A stretch of 64,000 nucleotides of DNA, taken from positions 10,190-74,189 of the IMG/VR virus record IMGVR_UViG_3300005805_000002, one strand, 5' to 3'. The stretch comes from a virus (Duplodnaviria > Caudoviricetes). Position 1 is the first letter of the stretch. Every line of letters starts with the position of its first letter. Shown here one piece after another: positions 19,742-29,327 of this stretch. The notes under the pieces are model-generated. The model saw only the letters and a program-made list of their open reading frames with translations, was not told the DNA's origin and did no database searches. The position numbers were made by a program, and so were the translations under genes.

Positions 19742-21237
19742 GCACTCCCCGCAGAGCCACTGTTCGTATCCAGCTTCCTCCCCGCTCGGGGCTGCGACCG
19801 ATAAGCCCAGATACTATTTTCGACCCCAGACTCCGTGGAGCAGACCTCCCGCCGCCTCCCGAAATCTCTAACCCAGAGCTAGCAAGGCAGCAGCAAGCAT
19901 ACGCGGCAGATAAATCGGCTGCAAGGAACGCGAGATACCAAAACCCAACAATAGTAGACCCAGCGCTGGTTCCGGCGTCTCGACCCCCTGTCGGGGAAGG
20001 TGTAACTACAGACGCTAGGGGCAACATGATTCGCGTGCCCGTAGAGCCAGACCCGTCGACATCCAAAAACAAGTCTAAGCCAGACGTAGTGCTTCGACGG
20101 CAGTTAATCCGTGCTGGCGACGGCACCGTTAGGCCAGTCCCGAAGGGGACTCGAACGCTGGCTGTCGTGGCGAAAGAAGCGGCCCAAGCAGGTGGAGATC
20201 TTCCCGTTTCAGGGACCCTTAAATACTACCCAACCCCTGTCAGTAAGGACTCCTCTTTGCCAAAGTGGCTCGGCGGCAAGCCGACCGTACAGCAAATGCT
20301 GGGCATAGACTATATGCGCTCTTACGAAAAGGGTTCGGCTTTCACCGCGTTCCAGAAGTTGGTCGAGCTGTCCGAGAGATCGGGTCGGCCGATCTACTCC
20401 GGAACAATAGTTCCGCAGTTGTCCAAAGCGACACCCCCTCTTTTGTCCCAGTCGCCGCTGCTGGACGTGGGGAAAGCTCTCGGAGAAAAGGCTACAACGT
20501 ACGACGTTCTCAAGAAAGACTACCCGCAACTCAGGTACCGCGAAGTCCCGGGACTAACAACGTCTGGGAGATTCTGGGCCAACGTATACCCGCCCATCAG
20601 CGGAAGGGCCGAAGCTACGGTTAACGATGGCCCCGGACCGTACCAGATCGGGGGCAAGTTCAGAACTTTGGACGAGTTCCGCTCAATCGTAAACCAGATC
20701 CCGAAAGAGAGCTTATACAACCGCAACACCAGCTTTAAGATTGACGGGCTTGTCTCCACAACCAGACCGGACATGGTGCAGCGGGCGCTCAACGTGGGAT
20801 ACCAAGTTGGCCCCGTCGCTGCCGAGACAGTCCCGAAACTTGTACGGGGCGGTCTCCCGATAGCAGCTCAAGTTGCCGCCGAAGACGTTATCCGAGCTGG
20901 GCTTAACCAAGCCCCCGCCGCAGCGGGATACGCTGCCACTCAGAGCGGATCCGGTACGGTGGCCGACCGCTTGAACCGATTTGCATCGAGGGTCACCGCA
21001 GGCGCAGCAGTTGGCGGGGCCGTGGGAATAGGTACGGGACCCGGCGCTCTCGCTACGGCTACGACGGGAGCAGTGGCAGCAGGCGCTTACGACTTGGCCG
21101 AAACAGGGGTAGAGCTAGCTCGTCGGTACTACCAGAACGTTGAAGTTCCCGTGAGGGAACGATTGAACACCCGGCCTAGCTTTACGGCTCAAATGTACCC
21201 GAACGGGTATCCCGGACTTCCTACCAACATTCGTTGA
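19738..21237 (+). CDS. Hypothetical protein with C-terminal Gly/Ala hydrophobic zipper (possibly virion-associated)
   Basis: 499 aa; VTAGAAVGGAVGIGTGPGALATATTGAVAAGA segment. Confidence 0.55.
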   Translation: MSTPRRATVRIQLPPRSGLRPISPDTIFDPRLRGADLPPPPEISNPELARQQQAYAADKSAARNARYQNPTIVDPALVPASRPPVGEGVTTDARGNMIRVPVEPDPSTSKNKSKPDVVLRRQLIRAGDGTVRPVPKGTRTLAVVAKEAAQAGGDLPVSGTLKYYPTPVSKDSSLPKWLGGKPTVQQMLGIDYMRSYEKGSAFTAFQKLVELSERSGRPIYSGTIVPQLSKATPPLLSQSPLLDVGKALGEKATTYDVLKKDYPQLRYREVPGLTTSGRFWANVYPPISGRAEATVNDGPGPYQIGGKFRTLDEFRSIVNQIPKESLYNRNTSFKIDGLVSTTRPDMVQRALNVGYQVGPVAAETVPKLVRGGLPIAAQVAAEDVIRAGLNQAPAAAGYAATQSGSGTVADRLNRFASRVTAGAAVGGAVGIGTGPGALATATTGAVAAGAYDLAETGVELARRYYQNVEVPVRERLNTRPSFTAQMYPNGYPGLPTNIR

Positions 21238-21240
21238 CCT

Positions 21241-21462
21241 ATGAAGCGCGACTACAAGAAAGAGTATCGAGAGTACCACGGGACAGCCGAGCAAATCCGC
21301 CGCAGATCTTCGCGTAATAAAGCTAGGCGGCGTCTGGCAAAAGACGGCCTAGTCCGCAAAGGAGATAATCGCGACGTTCATCACCGCGACAATAATCCCC
21401 TGAACAACTCTAGGCGGAATCTTCGGGCGACGAGTCGGTCGTGGAATCGGGCTCAGAAATAA
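21241..21462 (+). CDS. Small HNH endonuclease-like protein
   Basis: DVHHRDNNPLNNSRRNL HNH motif; MKRDYKKEY start is typical of small podovirus HNH proteins. Confidence 0.75.
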   Translation: MKRDYKKEYREYHGTAEQIRRRSSRNKARRRLAKDGLVRKGDNRDVHHRDNNPLNNSRRNLRATSRSWNRAQK

Positions 21463-22465
21463 TAGGGTAAGCCCCCAAGAGGTCCGCGTAAAAAGCGGCA
21501 TCCGCCAAATCTTTTTCTCTATTGTAACAGCATTTCATATGCAACACATGGTGGGGATTATTAACTTTTAAGGTAAAACCCAAAATGTCGGTGTAAATAG
21601 CGTTATCGAGACAGCTTGGATACGCATAGTCAACACATACACCCTGCGGAAAATTTTGTCTTTCACGGCTGCACCACAAGTCAAGCGTCAGCCGTGAAAT
21701 GCGATGCCGAAAGTTCCATCGAAGATTAAGAAGACTAGCGCCCAATCGAACTCTGTAAAATAAACCTCCGTAGTCGGACAAAGAAAGACGGGGCGAGCAC
21801 CAAAAAGCGAGAACTTTACCCCGCACTTCTCCATCGTGGTGCCACATACTTTGAACGACTTTTACTGGGGACCCCGTCTCCGTGTCGTAAAATATTACGA
21901 GCACCTCTCTGTGACGCGCTACTTGGTTTGTGGCTACCCAAAGTGTAAAACTCCCGTCTTCGTGAAGCTGGCAAAAGGGCTCTCCTGTATCCGTAGTAAG
22001 ATGCGGGCTGTGAATAGCGAATAAAATATCCCCAACCGGAGGAATATTTAGAGGCGCGGGATCAAACACGCACGCGAAAGATCCTGAGTGGGATACAGCA
22101 AACAGTGCGGAAGAGCTTTCATCGAAGCGGCATTTAGGAGGCGTGGGTCCGGCATATATTAAGTCACGACCCTCAACAAAGGCTTTAAGGACTTCTTCGT
22201 GTTTGTAGTTAAGGTCCCACTGCCAAGAAGAGTTCAGTTTACCTAAAAACGGAAGAATGTGCTGGCTTCCCACCATGATATCCAAGTCATTTGGTGGGCG
22301 ATAGTACCGCTTTGAAAGGAGAATGAGACTAGTGAGGCCAAGAACAGTGAAAGGCAGCCCGAATAAAGCAAGCTCCTCTAGAGCGTCATAGACCCGATCT
22401 AACGATCCGGGCGACGGCTCCTGTAAATCTTGGAAAGACTGCGGACGTATGGCTTCGCGTCCCAT
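21410..22465 (-). CDS. Pol-beta-fold nucleotidyltransferase-like protein
   Basis: GLTSL...RPPNDLDIMV (DxD) near the N-terminus; LHMK...REKDLAD at the C-terminus. Confidence 0.55.
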   Translation of the reverse strand: MGREAIRPQSFQDLQEPSPGSLDRVYDALEELALFGLPFTVLGLTSLILLSKRYYRPPNDLDIMVGSQHILPFLGKLNSSWQWDLNYKHEEVLKAFVEGRDLIYAGPTPPKCRFDESSSALFAVSHSGSFACVFDPAPLNIPPVGDILFAIHSPHLTTDTGEPFCQLHEDGSFTLWVATNQVARHREVLVIFYDTETGSPVKVVQSMWHHDGEVRGKVLAFWCSPRLSLSDYGGLFYRVRLGASLLNLRWNFRHRISRLTLDLWCSRERQNFPQGVCVDYAYPSCLDNAIYTDILGFTLKVNNPHHVLHMKCCYNREKDLADAAFYADLLGAYPIISEPDSTTDSSPEDSA

Positions 22466-22474
22466 TGTTCTGCG

Positions 22475-22726
22475 TTACTGATCCGCTCCCAAATCAGGCC
22501 CAGAAATAACTACGGGAGACTCGATAACTTCCGGCAGGACCTGAAGCGACGGCGCTACTTTCTGATGGATCATAGCTGAAGCATCCAGCAGTGCATTCCA
22601 GATATCCTCGGAAGGATTCGACGTGCGGTCGGCTACAACCGAAGTGATCTGATTTTCGTCGAGATCAGCGATGGCAACAGCCGAAGCATTTTCTAGTTCT
22701 TCTATACGAAGTAAAAATTTTCTCAT
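22475..22726 (-). CDS. Hypothetical protein (83 aa)
   Basis: Packed ORF in the minus-strand run. Confidence 0.55.
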   Translation of the reverse strand: MRKFLLRIEELENASAVAIADLDENQITSVVADRTSNPSEDIWNALLDASAMIHQKVAPSLQVLPEVIESPVVISGPDLGADQ

Positions 22727-22731
22727 AGGTA

Positions 22732-23268
22732 TTAATCTAGCTCAGAAAGCTGTTTCGCCAAGGACTTACATTCGGCTTTAACATATTCAAACGTCCGGTA
22801 TTCAGCTTCCGGCACTTTGGGTATCTCGGGGTTCGGAGACAGGTCGTCCATGTGGTTACAATCGAAACCCCACCACCACCCGTTGAGGATCTCGTCATCC
22901 GACATCATACCGGGCCCCGCGTAAGTGACGCCACCGTGAACGTCCACAAGGAGACCAGCGTGGATATGGCCCTCTATCACACTTATGAGAACCTGCGCTG
23001 GGGGGCGATTGCCAAGGGGCTCCTCTAACATCTGCTCTTCACGATCCCGCAACCTGCCCGGCACGGGGGCGTTGGGCTCTACTCGAAACAGGGGGTGATC
23101 GCCGGGTATCCGGACGTAACCGCACAGATGACCAAAGTAATGGCGGGCAACCCTGCAATCGTACCCAGTCTCGGGATCAGTCCATTCCTCAAAGCTGGGC
23201 TCGTCTGACCAAGGGCCTGCGGGGCACGAGCACGAGAAACAAGAGCATGTGACGTTGCTGGTCTTCAT
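22732..23268 (-). CDS. Conserved phage hypothetical protein (GHLCGYV / HGGVTY / WWWGFDCNH motifs)
   Basis: Motifs recalled as widespread in phages; start taken as MKTSNV at 23268. Confidence 0.7.
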   Translation of the reverse strand: MKTSNVTCSCFSCSCPAGPWSDEPSFEEWTDPETGYDCRVARHYFGHLCGYVRIPGDHPLFRVEPNAPVPGRLRDREEQMLEEPLGNRPPAQVLISVIEGHIHAGLLVDVHGGVTYAGPGMMSDDEILNGWWWGFDCNHMDDLSPNPEIPKVPEAEYRTFEYVKAECKSLAKQLSELD

Positions 23269-23420
23269 TTGGATCCGTAGAGGCAGATGAAAAGGAATCC
23301 GGCGTTCCCGATTGTGTATCCAAGGAAGGCTATCCCGAGACCTATTTGGCCTTCTCTGAAGAAGCCTATCGAAGTCAGGACATAGCAAGCGGTGCAGATT
23401 GCGAGAGGAATGAGAGTCAT
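23265..23420 (-). CDS. Small two-TM membrane protein
   Basis: MTLIPLAICTACYVLTSIGFF...GLGIAFLGYTIGNAGFLFI. Confidence 0.6.
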   Translation of the reverse strand: MTLIPLAICTACYVLTSIGFFREGQIGLGIAFLGYTIGNAGFLFICLYGSK

Positions 23421-23635
23421 GTAAAGGGGTGCTGGTTTATACGCAGAGCCAGCGTGCGCCACTTGTCCTACTACCCACTTAAAAACTAATACGGGTCGAA
23501 ACAGGGCCGGAGAACGTGGGATGCTCCGGTAGTGAATAGGTTGTAGGCTTCTCCTGCTGCGCCGAACGGAAGAGGGCCCATCCGGCTGCGGATAGAAGAA
23601 GCGATAGAAGTAGCAAAAGTAGTGTCTTTCTTGTC

Positions 23636-23842
23636 CTACTTGTCGTGGCTAGCTTCGAGTTCGACCGCTTCGGCCCAGTCCAGCAGGCAGTTGATAAGCC
23701 ACTGGTTAAAATCAATCGGTTGCTTCGAGATGTGCTCGATATCGTATTGGTATGCACTAATAATTCGTTCATAGGTTGGTCGGTCAAAGTTAAGGGTGAG
23801 CGAGTGGGAGGTTTTGGCGGGTGAGCTTTGTACTACTTCCAT
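23636..23842 (-). CDS. Hypothetical protein (68 aa)
   Basis: ORF with plausible composition downstream of a GGTTTAAGA motif. Confidence 0.5.
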   Translation of the reverse strand: MEVVQSSPAKTSHSLTLNFDRPTYERIISAYQYDIEHISKQPIDFNQWLINCLLDWAEAVELEASHDK

Positions 23843-23969
23843 ATAGGTGGGATGTGTTTTTGATTGTTTTGTTTTGGTTACAGGGTGCTTGCTTTCCTTT
23901 AGGGCGTAGTGAGTTCGTAATTAGACATCATCTTAAACCCAATGTTCAACGGAAATTTTGTGTTTAGTG

Positions 23970-24206
23970 TCATAAACCGACTCTTAATGCTGAGAGCGCA
24001 GGATTAAATCGCGTCCCTCCAGCAACGATTTTTGACATCCAGATCTTACCAAGCCAGAGATTGAACTCCCGATCCCGGGCCCAGTCCCTTGGCTTCTTGG
24101 TCGTCGACTTGCCAACCGCCCCGGGCAGGGCGGCAATCCGGCGGGAGCCAACGTACAAGTCACAGGAGTAGTGGGTCGATTTGACATGGACGGCGTTGGG
24201 TTTCAT
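23970..24206 (-). CDS. Hypothetical protein (78 aa)
   Basis: ATG at 24206 overlaps the upstream stop (ATGA); MKPNAVHVKSTHYSCDLYVG... Confidence 0.5.
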   Translation of the reverse strand: MKPNAVHVKSTHYSCDLYVGSRRIAALPGAVGKSTTKKPRDWARDREFNLWLGKIWMSKIVAGGTRFNPALSALRVGL

Positions 24207-24469
24207 GGGTGCGGCTTGAATTGAAGGTCTGTGAACTCGCCCATAAACTCGGCGACGGTGACGTGGACGGCCTGACCTTGCAGGTCGCGATGTGTGTATA
24301 CGGCGTCGCGTATGTTCAAGTCGGCGGCGTATGTGTCGGCTTCGGCGAGAACGAAGCCCGCTTTCTCCAGCAGGTTTCGGACTTGGTCGAAGTGATTGCC
24401 CTCGGCCATCCAAGAGTGCTGGTCTCGGATAGCCGTGCGCACGGTTTTGCCTACAGTTTGTTTGGTCAT
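24203..24469 (-). CDS. Hypothetical protein (88 aa)
   Basis: MTKQTVGKTV...; preceded by the A/C-rich leader. Confidence 0.6.
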   Translation of the reverse strand: MTKQTVGKTVRTAIRDQHSWMAEGNHFDQVRNLLEKAGFVLAEADTYAADLNIRDAVYTHRDLQGQAVHVTVAEFMGEFTDLQFKPHP

Positions 24470-24482
24470 GGTAGTCGTGTGA

Positions 24483-24896
24483 TTAAACGGGCCAGACGTA
24501 CGGGAGATCGTCGGGTACGTTGGGGAAGTGCGGAGTGTAGTGCTCCGGCAGTTTCCGGAGTAAGTTGGATTGATGGGACGTGCATAGCTCGTCGTTGAGC
24601 CACGGTATACGCGCGGCCCCGTTCGGATACAGCTTGTGGAACTCGGAGATCTTGCCGAAACAAGTATCCTTGAATCCACGGCTGACCCATTCGAGACAGA
24701 CAGCGTAACCGTAGACGACAAGCTGGTGCTCGAACCCGCGCCACATCTTGACGGCCGGATGGTTTTGCCAGCCGTAAGACGGGAGCGTTAGAGCTTTGAG
24801 GATCTGGAGACACTCGACGCGTTGTTTGCCAAGGCGCTTGGAATCCAAGACTCGGGCCGAGTCGGTGAACGATGGGAATGGTAGGAATGTTTGCAT
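24483..24896 (-). CDS. MSMEG_6728-family pyrimidine-dimer DNA glycosylase/endonuclease V-like protein
   Basis: MQTFLP...LDSKRLGKQRVECLQIL...GWQNHPAVKMWRG...SHQSNLLRK...Y...F...DDLPYVWP. Confidence 0.85.
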   Translation of the reverse strand: MQTFLPFPSFTDSARVLDSKRLGKQRVECLQILKALTLPSYGWQNHPAVKMWRGFEHQLVVYGYAVCLEWVSRGFKDTCFGKISEFHKLYPNGAARIPWLNDELCTSHQSNLLRKLPEHYTPHFPNVPDDLPYVWPV

Positions 24897-25102
24897 TAGT
24901 GCTGCGCGTGTTTTAGCGGTCGGTGGATTTCTTCTTTGATATCAAGAAGCTGTCGGTTGGATTTGTATTTAGGAATGTACGTAAGTACGGAACTCTCCTC
25001 GTGACGGGAGAAAAACTTTCGTATGGGGTTGCCCGGCCAATCGACGTAATCGTGCTGGTAGTGATCATCGAGAGAGTCTCGGTCGTATTGTTGCTGGTTC
25101 AT
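24896..25102 (-). CDS. Hypothetical protein (68 aa)
   Basis: Stop abuts the next start. Confidence 0.5.
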   Translation of the reverse strand: MNQQQYDRDSLDDHYQHDYVDWPGNPIRKFFSRHEESSVLTYIPKYKSNRQLLDIKEEIHRPLKHAQH

Positions 25103-25123
25103 TGAAAGGGTTGCCCGCCCCGC

Positions 25124-25143
25124 CTAACCGGAATCTTGGTTAA
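25124..25143. repeat. 20-bp palindrome copy ctaaccggaatcttggttaa
   Basis: Embedded in a longer GC hairpin (gccccgc...gcggggc) after the VWA gene; may also act as a terminator. Confidence 0.75.
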
Positions 25144-25164
25144 GCGGGGCAAGGCGGGTTTGGT

Positions 25165-26811
25165 TCAGTTATGCACGGCTTCCATCTGAACGGCGTGGAA
25201 GTTAACGAACTTGCCGAAGGGCATACGGTAGTTGTCCCCTCCGTACAGATACCTTTGACAAGTATTGATCCAGAGCGTGGGGATACCGGGATCCGGCGTA
25301 CGCCACCAGCTCCACTGCATGTCGGAGACAACGACGATCCAGTCGTACTCGGACCTGCGGTTCTTGGCCCAGTTGAAGGCGGGCATGAGGTCGGTCGCAC
25401 CGCGTCCGGCCCAGCCTTGGAACTCGGTGATCGGGAAGTCACAGGACCTGTAGTCGCGTGACGCCCGAACGGAGGTGTCGCAATGCAGCAACGTGACGGT
25501 CGACTGCGGGAACAGCGACAGCACTTTGCCGAGATGCGTCAGGGCTTGGTTGCAGTCCGCGTCGCTCATCGAGCCGGACGTATCTACAATGAAGAGACCA
25601 CGGGTCTTGCTACGGGCGCGGCGAGCCGGAAGCAGCAGGTCCTTACGATGGCTGTGCCTGCGGGACGGCCTGTCGTATTTCCAGCCTGCGGCGTGTTGGG
25701 TCCGGAGAAACTTCTCCAGTTCCTTGCGCCAGTTGATCGACGCGGCCAACTCGGGGTCTCCCTCGATGCGCTCCTTGTACTGGGAGATGATATCACCCAG
25801 ACCAGTCGGGCTGTAGGTCGAGCTACCGAGCAGCGCTTCGAGGATGAGCTTGGCCTCGTCTTCGCGAAGCGTGACTTCTTCGGGCGCGTCTTCAATGCCG
25901 CCGCCGAAGGTCTCGGTCGGATCGGGCATGTTGGCGAAGGGGTCGTGCTCGGCGTTGGAGTCGGAGCCCGCCTTGGCGGGGTCGCCGCTCTCGGAGTCGG
26001 AGTCGGAGTCGTCAGCGTCCTCGAAGTCCGACCCGTCGAAGGGTTGGCTGTCGTTGCCTGAGCCAGAGGAATCCTCGTCGTCACCGTCCTCGTCCTTGTC
26101 GGATTCGCCGGAGCCAGAGGAGTCATCGTCTGAGTCATCGGAGTCGGAGTCGCCGACCTCGTTCTCGTCCCAGTCGTGGACGCCATCGTCATCCTCATCA
26201 TCGGAGGAGCCGGGCTTATCCTTGTTGGATCGAGTCTTGGTCACTTGGGTGCCTTCCTGACCTTCCTCGCCTTCCTCGCAGGGCTCGCCGTCGACAGGTA
26301 CCTCGTTGGTAGGAGGCTGAGGCGGCGGAGGCGGGTTGAGCTGCTTGAGCAGGTCGTAGTACTCCTCGGCGCTCTTGTTGTACGGGAGACCCTCGAAGGA
26401 TTTGAAGCCGACGAAGCAGCCGCCCGAGACTTTCGAGTCGATCAGCTCGGCTTGCAGTTTGACGGTGTCGCCTTGGAACGCCTCACGGTAGCCCTTGTAG
26501 AGCATACAGTTGAGCGCGAGATCGGCGGCGATGTTGTAACCCTTGGGGTTTCGTTTGCCACGGCGGTGCTGGTGATTGGACAGCACGTGACCGACCTCGT
26601 GCAGCACGATGGCCTTGGCGGCGGACAAGGACAGCTTGTCGACGAACGAGGGATTGTACGTGAGAGTCCGGCCGTTGGTCGCCATCGTGGACAAGGAGCC
26701 GGACGGCTTGACCGACCAGCGTGACAGCACGACTGGTATGGCTATGGGTTCGAGCCGAGCGACCCAGTCGAGTGCGACTTTGATCTTTTCAGCAGAGGTA
26801 AGTTGAGTCAT
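25165..26811 (-). CDS. DUF2201-like metallopeptidase-VWA protein with long acidic linker
   Basis: LHEVGHV (HExxH); IVDTSGSMS (MIDAS DxSxS); central D/S/E-rich tract. Confidence 0.85.
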   Translation of the reverse strand: MTQLTSAEKIKVALDWVARLEPIAIPVVLSRWSVKPSGSLSTMATNGRTLTYNPSFVDKLSLSAAKAIVLHEVGHVLSNHQHRRGKRNPKGYNIAADLALNCMLYKGYREAFQGDTVKLQAELIDSKVSGGCFVGFKSFEGLPYNKSAEEYYDLLKQLNPPPPPQPPTNEVPVDGEPCEEGEEGQEGTQVTKTRSNKDKPGSSDDEDDDGVHDWDENEVGDSDSDDSDDDSSGSGESDKDEDGDDEDSSGSGNDSQPFDGSDFEDADDSDSDSESGDPAKAGSDSNAEHDPFANMPDPTETFGGGIEDAPEEVTLREDEAKLILEALLGSSTYSPTGLGDIISQYKERIEGDPELAASINWRKELEKFLRTQHAAGWKYDRPSRRHSHRKDLLLPARRARSKTRGLFIVDTSGSMSDADCNQALTHLGKVLSLFPQSTVTLLHCDTSVRASRDYRSCDFPITEFQGWAGRGATDLMPAFNWAKNRRSEYDWIVVVSDMQWSWWRTPDPGIPTLWINTCQRYLYGGDNYRMPFGKFVNFHAVQMEAVHN

Positions 26812-26885
26812 GGTTGGATTGTTCTAACGTGGTAGTTGGGACGATGTGTCAGGGGGCCCCCGCAAGGAGGCCCCCTGATCTTTGG

Positions 26886-28013
26886 TTAGCCGACGATGGC
26901 CTTGTAGGCATCGAGGCCTGCGAGGCTGGGCAGCTTGGCCCCGGCCACGCGGAACCACCAAGCCACAGCCTCACGGCAGGCGGGGTTCTCGGTAGCGCAG
27001 CGGGCGAAGTAGTCAGCCACAGCCTTGGTGTGCGCCGGATTGACCTCGGGCGAGAGGTTGCGCTTGGCCTGCTCGGGGTCGAGCAAGCGGACAGCGAACG
27101 ACTCACCGAGTGCGTACAGGACGCCGATCTGGTCGGCCGGAGGAGTCGGCGCGGAGGCCGGATCCTTGACGACTTTCTCGAAGGTCGGGCACTGCGAGAG
27201 GACCTCGCGGTACGCGATGTATTCGCGGCCAGCGGTCTGACCGACCAAGCCGAAGACGATGGCGTCTCCGACCTCCGGTGTGAGCGGGGTCTGGGCCAGC
27301 ACGTCGAGAGCCGCCGCAGCCCACGTGAAGGTACGAGGGTTAGGACGTTGCTGCTCGATGTACTCGTGTTTGCCGCCGCCGAAGATGTTCGGGCGGAAGC
27401 GGGCATAGCCAACCAGAGCGGCATCAATGCCGTTGCCGTTAGCCCAGTCGATCCAGTGGTCCAAGGCGCGGGGGCCGTGGGTGTCCACGTAGAAGTGGGC
27501 CAGACGGGTAGCCGCCGCAGTGGTCAGCTCGGTCGTGCCCGTGTCGGTCGTGCCGTTGCCAGCGCAAACAATGTGCGTCAGCTTGGACAGCTTGCGGCCG
27601 TTGACGCCACGGTCGAGCAGGATCTGCAAGGCCACGTTGAGGACGTCGATGGACGTGCGGTCGACCTCGTCGAAGAACAGGATGCACTCATAGTCGTCTC
27701 CGTAGAGATCGGCCCACGGGAGCAACGAGTTGGCGAGGTAGGACAGGACCTTGCGGACCTCGCCATCGATCTCCTGATCCACGGGGTACGGGATGCCGCC
27801 GAGATCGGTGGGCTCCTTGTCCGACAGGCGGACGTCATGGAGCGGCAGGCCGAGATCGGCGGTGAGCGACTTGATCGTAGCGGACTTGGTCCAGCCGACC
27901 GGACCCCAGATTACGGGGACCAGATCGAGTGTGGGGACCCAGCACACGGCGATGCACTGCTTGATGGTGGACAGCGGAAAAGCCGCTGCGGGGACAGGTT
28001 TATGATTTTGCAT
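26886..28013 (-). CDS. MoxR-like AAA+ ATPase
   Basis: WGPVGWTKS (variant Walker A), LFFDEVDR (Walker B), CAGN sensor; adjacent to the VWA gene; start MQNHKP. Confidence 0.85.
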   Translation of the reverse strand: MQNHKPVPAAAFPLSTIKQCIAVCWVPTLDLVPVIWGPVGWTKSATIKSLTADLGLPLHDVRLSDKEPTDLGGIPYPVDQEIDGEVRKVLSYLANSLLPWADLYGDDYECILFFDEVDRTSIDVLNVALQILLDRGVNGRKLSKLTHIVCAGNGTTDTGTTELTTAAATRLAHFYVDTHGPRALDHWIDWANGNGIDAALVGYARFRPNIFGGGKHEYIEQQRPNPRTFTWAAAALDVLAQTPLTPEVGDAIVFGLVGQTAGREYIAYREVLSQCPTFEKVVKDPASAPTPPADQIGVLYALGESFAVRLLDPEQAKRNLSPEVNPAHTKAVADYFARCATENPACREAVAWWFRVAGAKLPSLAGLDAYKAIVG

Positions 28014-28059
28014 GGTGGTAGTTGTGTGGTTGTGGTGGTTGGGAAAAGGGGCCCTCCGG

Positions 28060-28079
28060 CTAACCGGAGATCGGGTTAA
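28060..28079. repeat. 20-bp palindrome copy ctaaccggagatcgggttaa
   Basis: Flanked by the extra stem gccctccgg/ccggagggc; followed on the minus strand by the A/C leader of the AAA gene. Confidence 0.8.
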
Positions 28080-28096
28080 CCGGAGGGCGGATCGGG

Positions 28097-28315
28097 CTAG
28101 AGCGTCGAGCCCTTGCTCGGGAAGCCGTTGACGTGATTGATGATCCACTGGCGGACCATCCCGTTGAGTTTGTCGAGCGTTTGGCGGGACACCCGAGTGA
28201 ACTTGTGGTGACGCGTCTTCTTGGCGTGGTCCAGCATGAAGGTGCGGACCTTGCTTTCGACGATGAGAGACGCGCTGATGCGCGCTACGACTTGATCGAG
28301 TTCGGATTCAGACAT
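28097..28315 (-). CDS. Hypothetical protein (72 aa)
   Basis: Preceded by the conserved leader. Confidence 0.65.
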   Translation of the reverse strand: MSESELDQVVARISASLIVESKVRTFMLDHAKKTRHHKFTRVSRQTLDKLNGMVRQWIINHVNGFPSKGSTL

Positions 28316-28344
28316 GGTGGTAGTTGTGTGGTTGTGGTTGTGGT

Positions 28345-29277
28345 TTAGGAGACCTGAGCTTTGACGGCTCCGGCCTTGAGCTTGGACAGGATGTCGCCAG
28401 CCTGCTTGGCAATCTCCGACCGGACCTCGGTGCCCTTGTCGGTCTTCTTGTCGCGGAGGACATTGGACTGAGCGGCTTTGACGAGTCCGGCGACGAGGTC
28501 GCGGGCACGGGTCACGGCAGCGGTGATGGTGCGGTCGTTGTTGACGTTGAGCGCAGGCAGGGCCTCGACCAGTTCTTCGAGGTTGGTGACCATCGTGTCC
28601 TCGAAGCGGGCGATCTTACCGGAGTTGAACTCGGTAAGACTGCTGACGACACGGGACAGCGCGGCCTCCAGCCTCTCGACGACAGTCTTGTGCAGGTCCT
28701 TGACCTTGTCCGCGTATTCCTTGCGGGTGCTGTCCTCGATGGCAGCGCGGGCCTTGGCCGACACGTGGTTGAGGCGGATGTCGTCGGGGTGCGTGATGGC
28801 GCTCTGCTTGATCTCGAACTTGTAGCGTTCACGCACCTCGTCCTCGGTCGGGAAACCGAGTCGGTCGAAGGCTCCGTTGAGATCGACCCGGGCTTGGTCG
28901 CGGAGTTTAGGGAGGCTCTTGCAGAGCTTGTCGACGGAGTCGTAGAACTCGGCGCGGAAGGCTTCGAGTTTCTGGACAACCGAGTCGAGCTTGGTGTTAA
29001 CGACTGCGAACGAACCCTTGCCGTCCCAGCGGAAGCCCGTGGGGAAGTCAAGGTAGCGGCGAGCCTCGGAGAGCTTCTGCTGCGGAGGCAGGCGGTCCTC
29101 CTTGGTCAGTCGCTGCACGTAGGCAGTGAAACGGTCGGAGGCAGCGTGATCGGCGCTGGCCGCGTTGGCGGCAGCTTGGTCGTCGCGTTTGCTCCACGGG
29201 AACAGCGAGCCCTCGATGCTGACGAGGGTGCAGTCACGGGCGATGTCGAATGCGTTGGTAGTTTTGTATTCAGTCAT
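28345..29277 (-). CDS. DUF3150-like protein
   Basis: Pattern LNGAFDRLGFPTEDEVRERYKF and position upstream of an AAA+/VWA pair match recalled DUF3150-type genes. Confidence 0.6.
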   Translation of the reverse strand: MTEYKTTNAFDIARDCTLVSIEGSLFPWSKRDDQAAANAASADHAASDRFTAYVQRLTKEDRLPPQQKLSEARRYLDFPTGFRWDGKGSFAVVNTKLDSVVQKLEAFRAEFYDSVDKLCKSLPKLRDQARVDLNGAFDRLGFPTEDEVRERYKFEIKQSAITHPDDIRLNHVSAKARAAIEDSTRKEYADKVKDLHKTVVERLEAALSRVVSSLTEFNSGKIARFEDTMVTNLEELVEALPALNVNNDRTITAAVTRARDLVAGLVKAAQSNVLRDKKTDKGTEVRSEIAKQAGDILSKLKAGAVKAQVS

Positions 29278-29327
29278 GGTGGTAGTTGGTTGTGTGGTTG
29301 ATGGCGAACGCCGACGTCGTCTTAAAC

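Noticed and set aside
23479-23787. 102-aa ORF with a hydrophobic stretch
   Set aside because: Overlaps the better 23636-23842 ORF and has no clear start near the hydrophobic segment; a short TTG-started peptide cannot be excluded.
26814-29301. Long plus-strand ORFs 26814-28079 and 28324-29301 (also 25483-26061, 60547-61698 minus, and many short ones inside the giant gene)
   Set aside because: Antisense shadows of genes with G/C-ending codons; no motifs or start signals.
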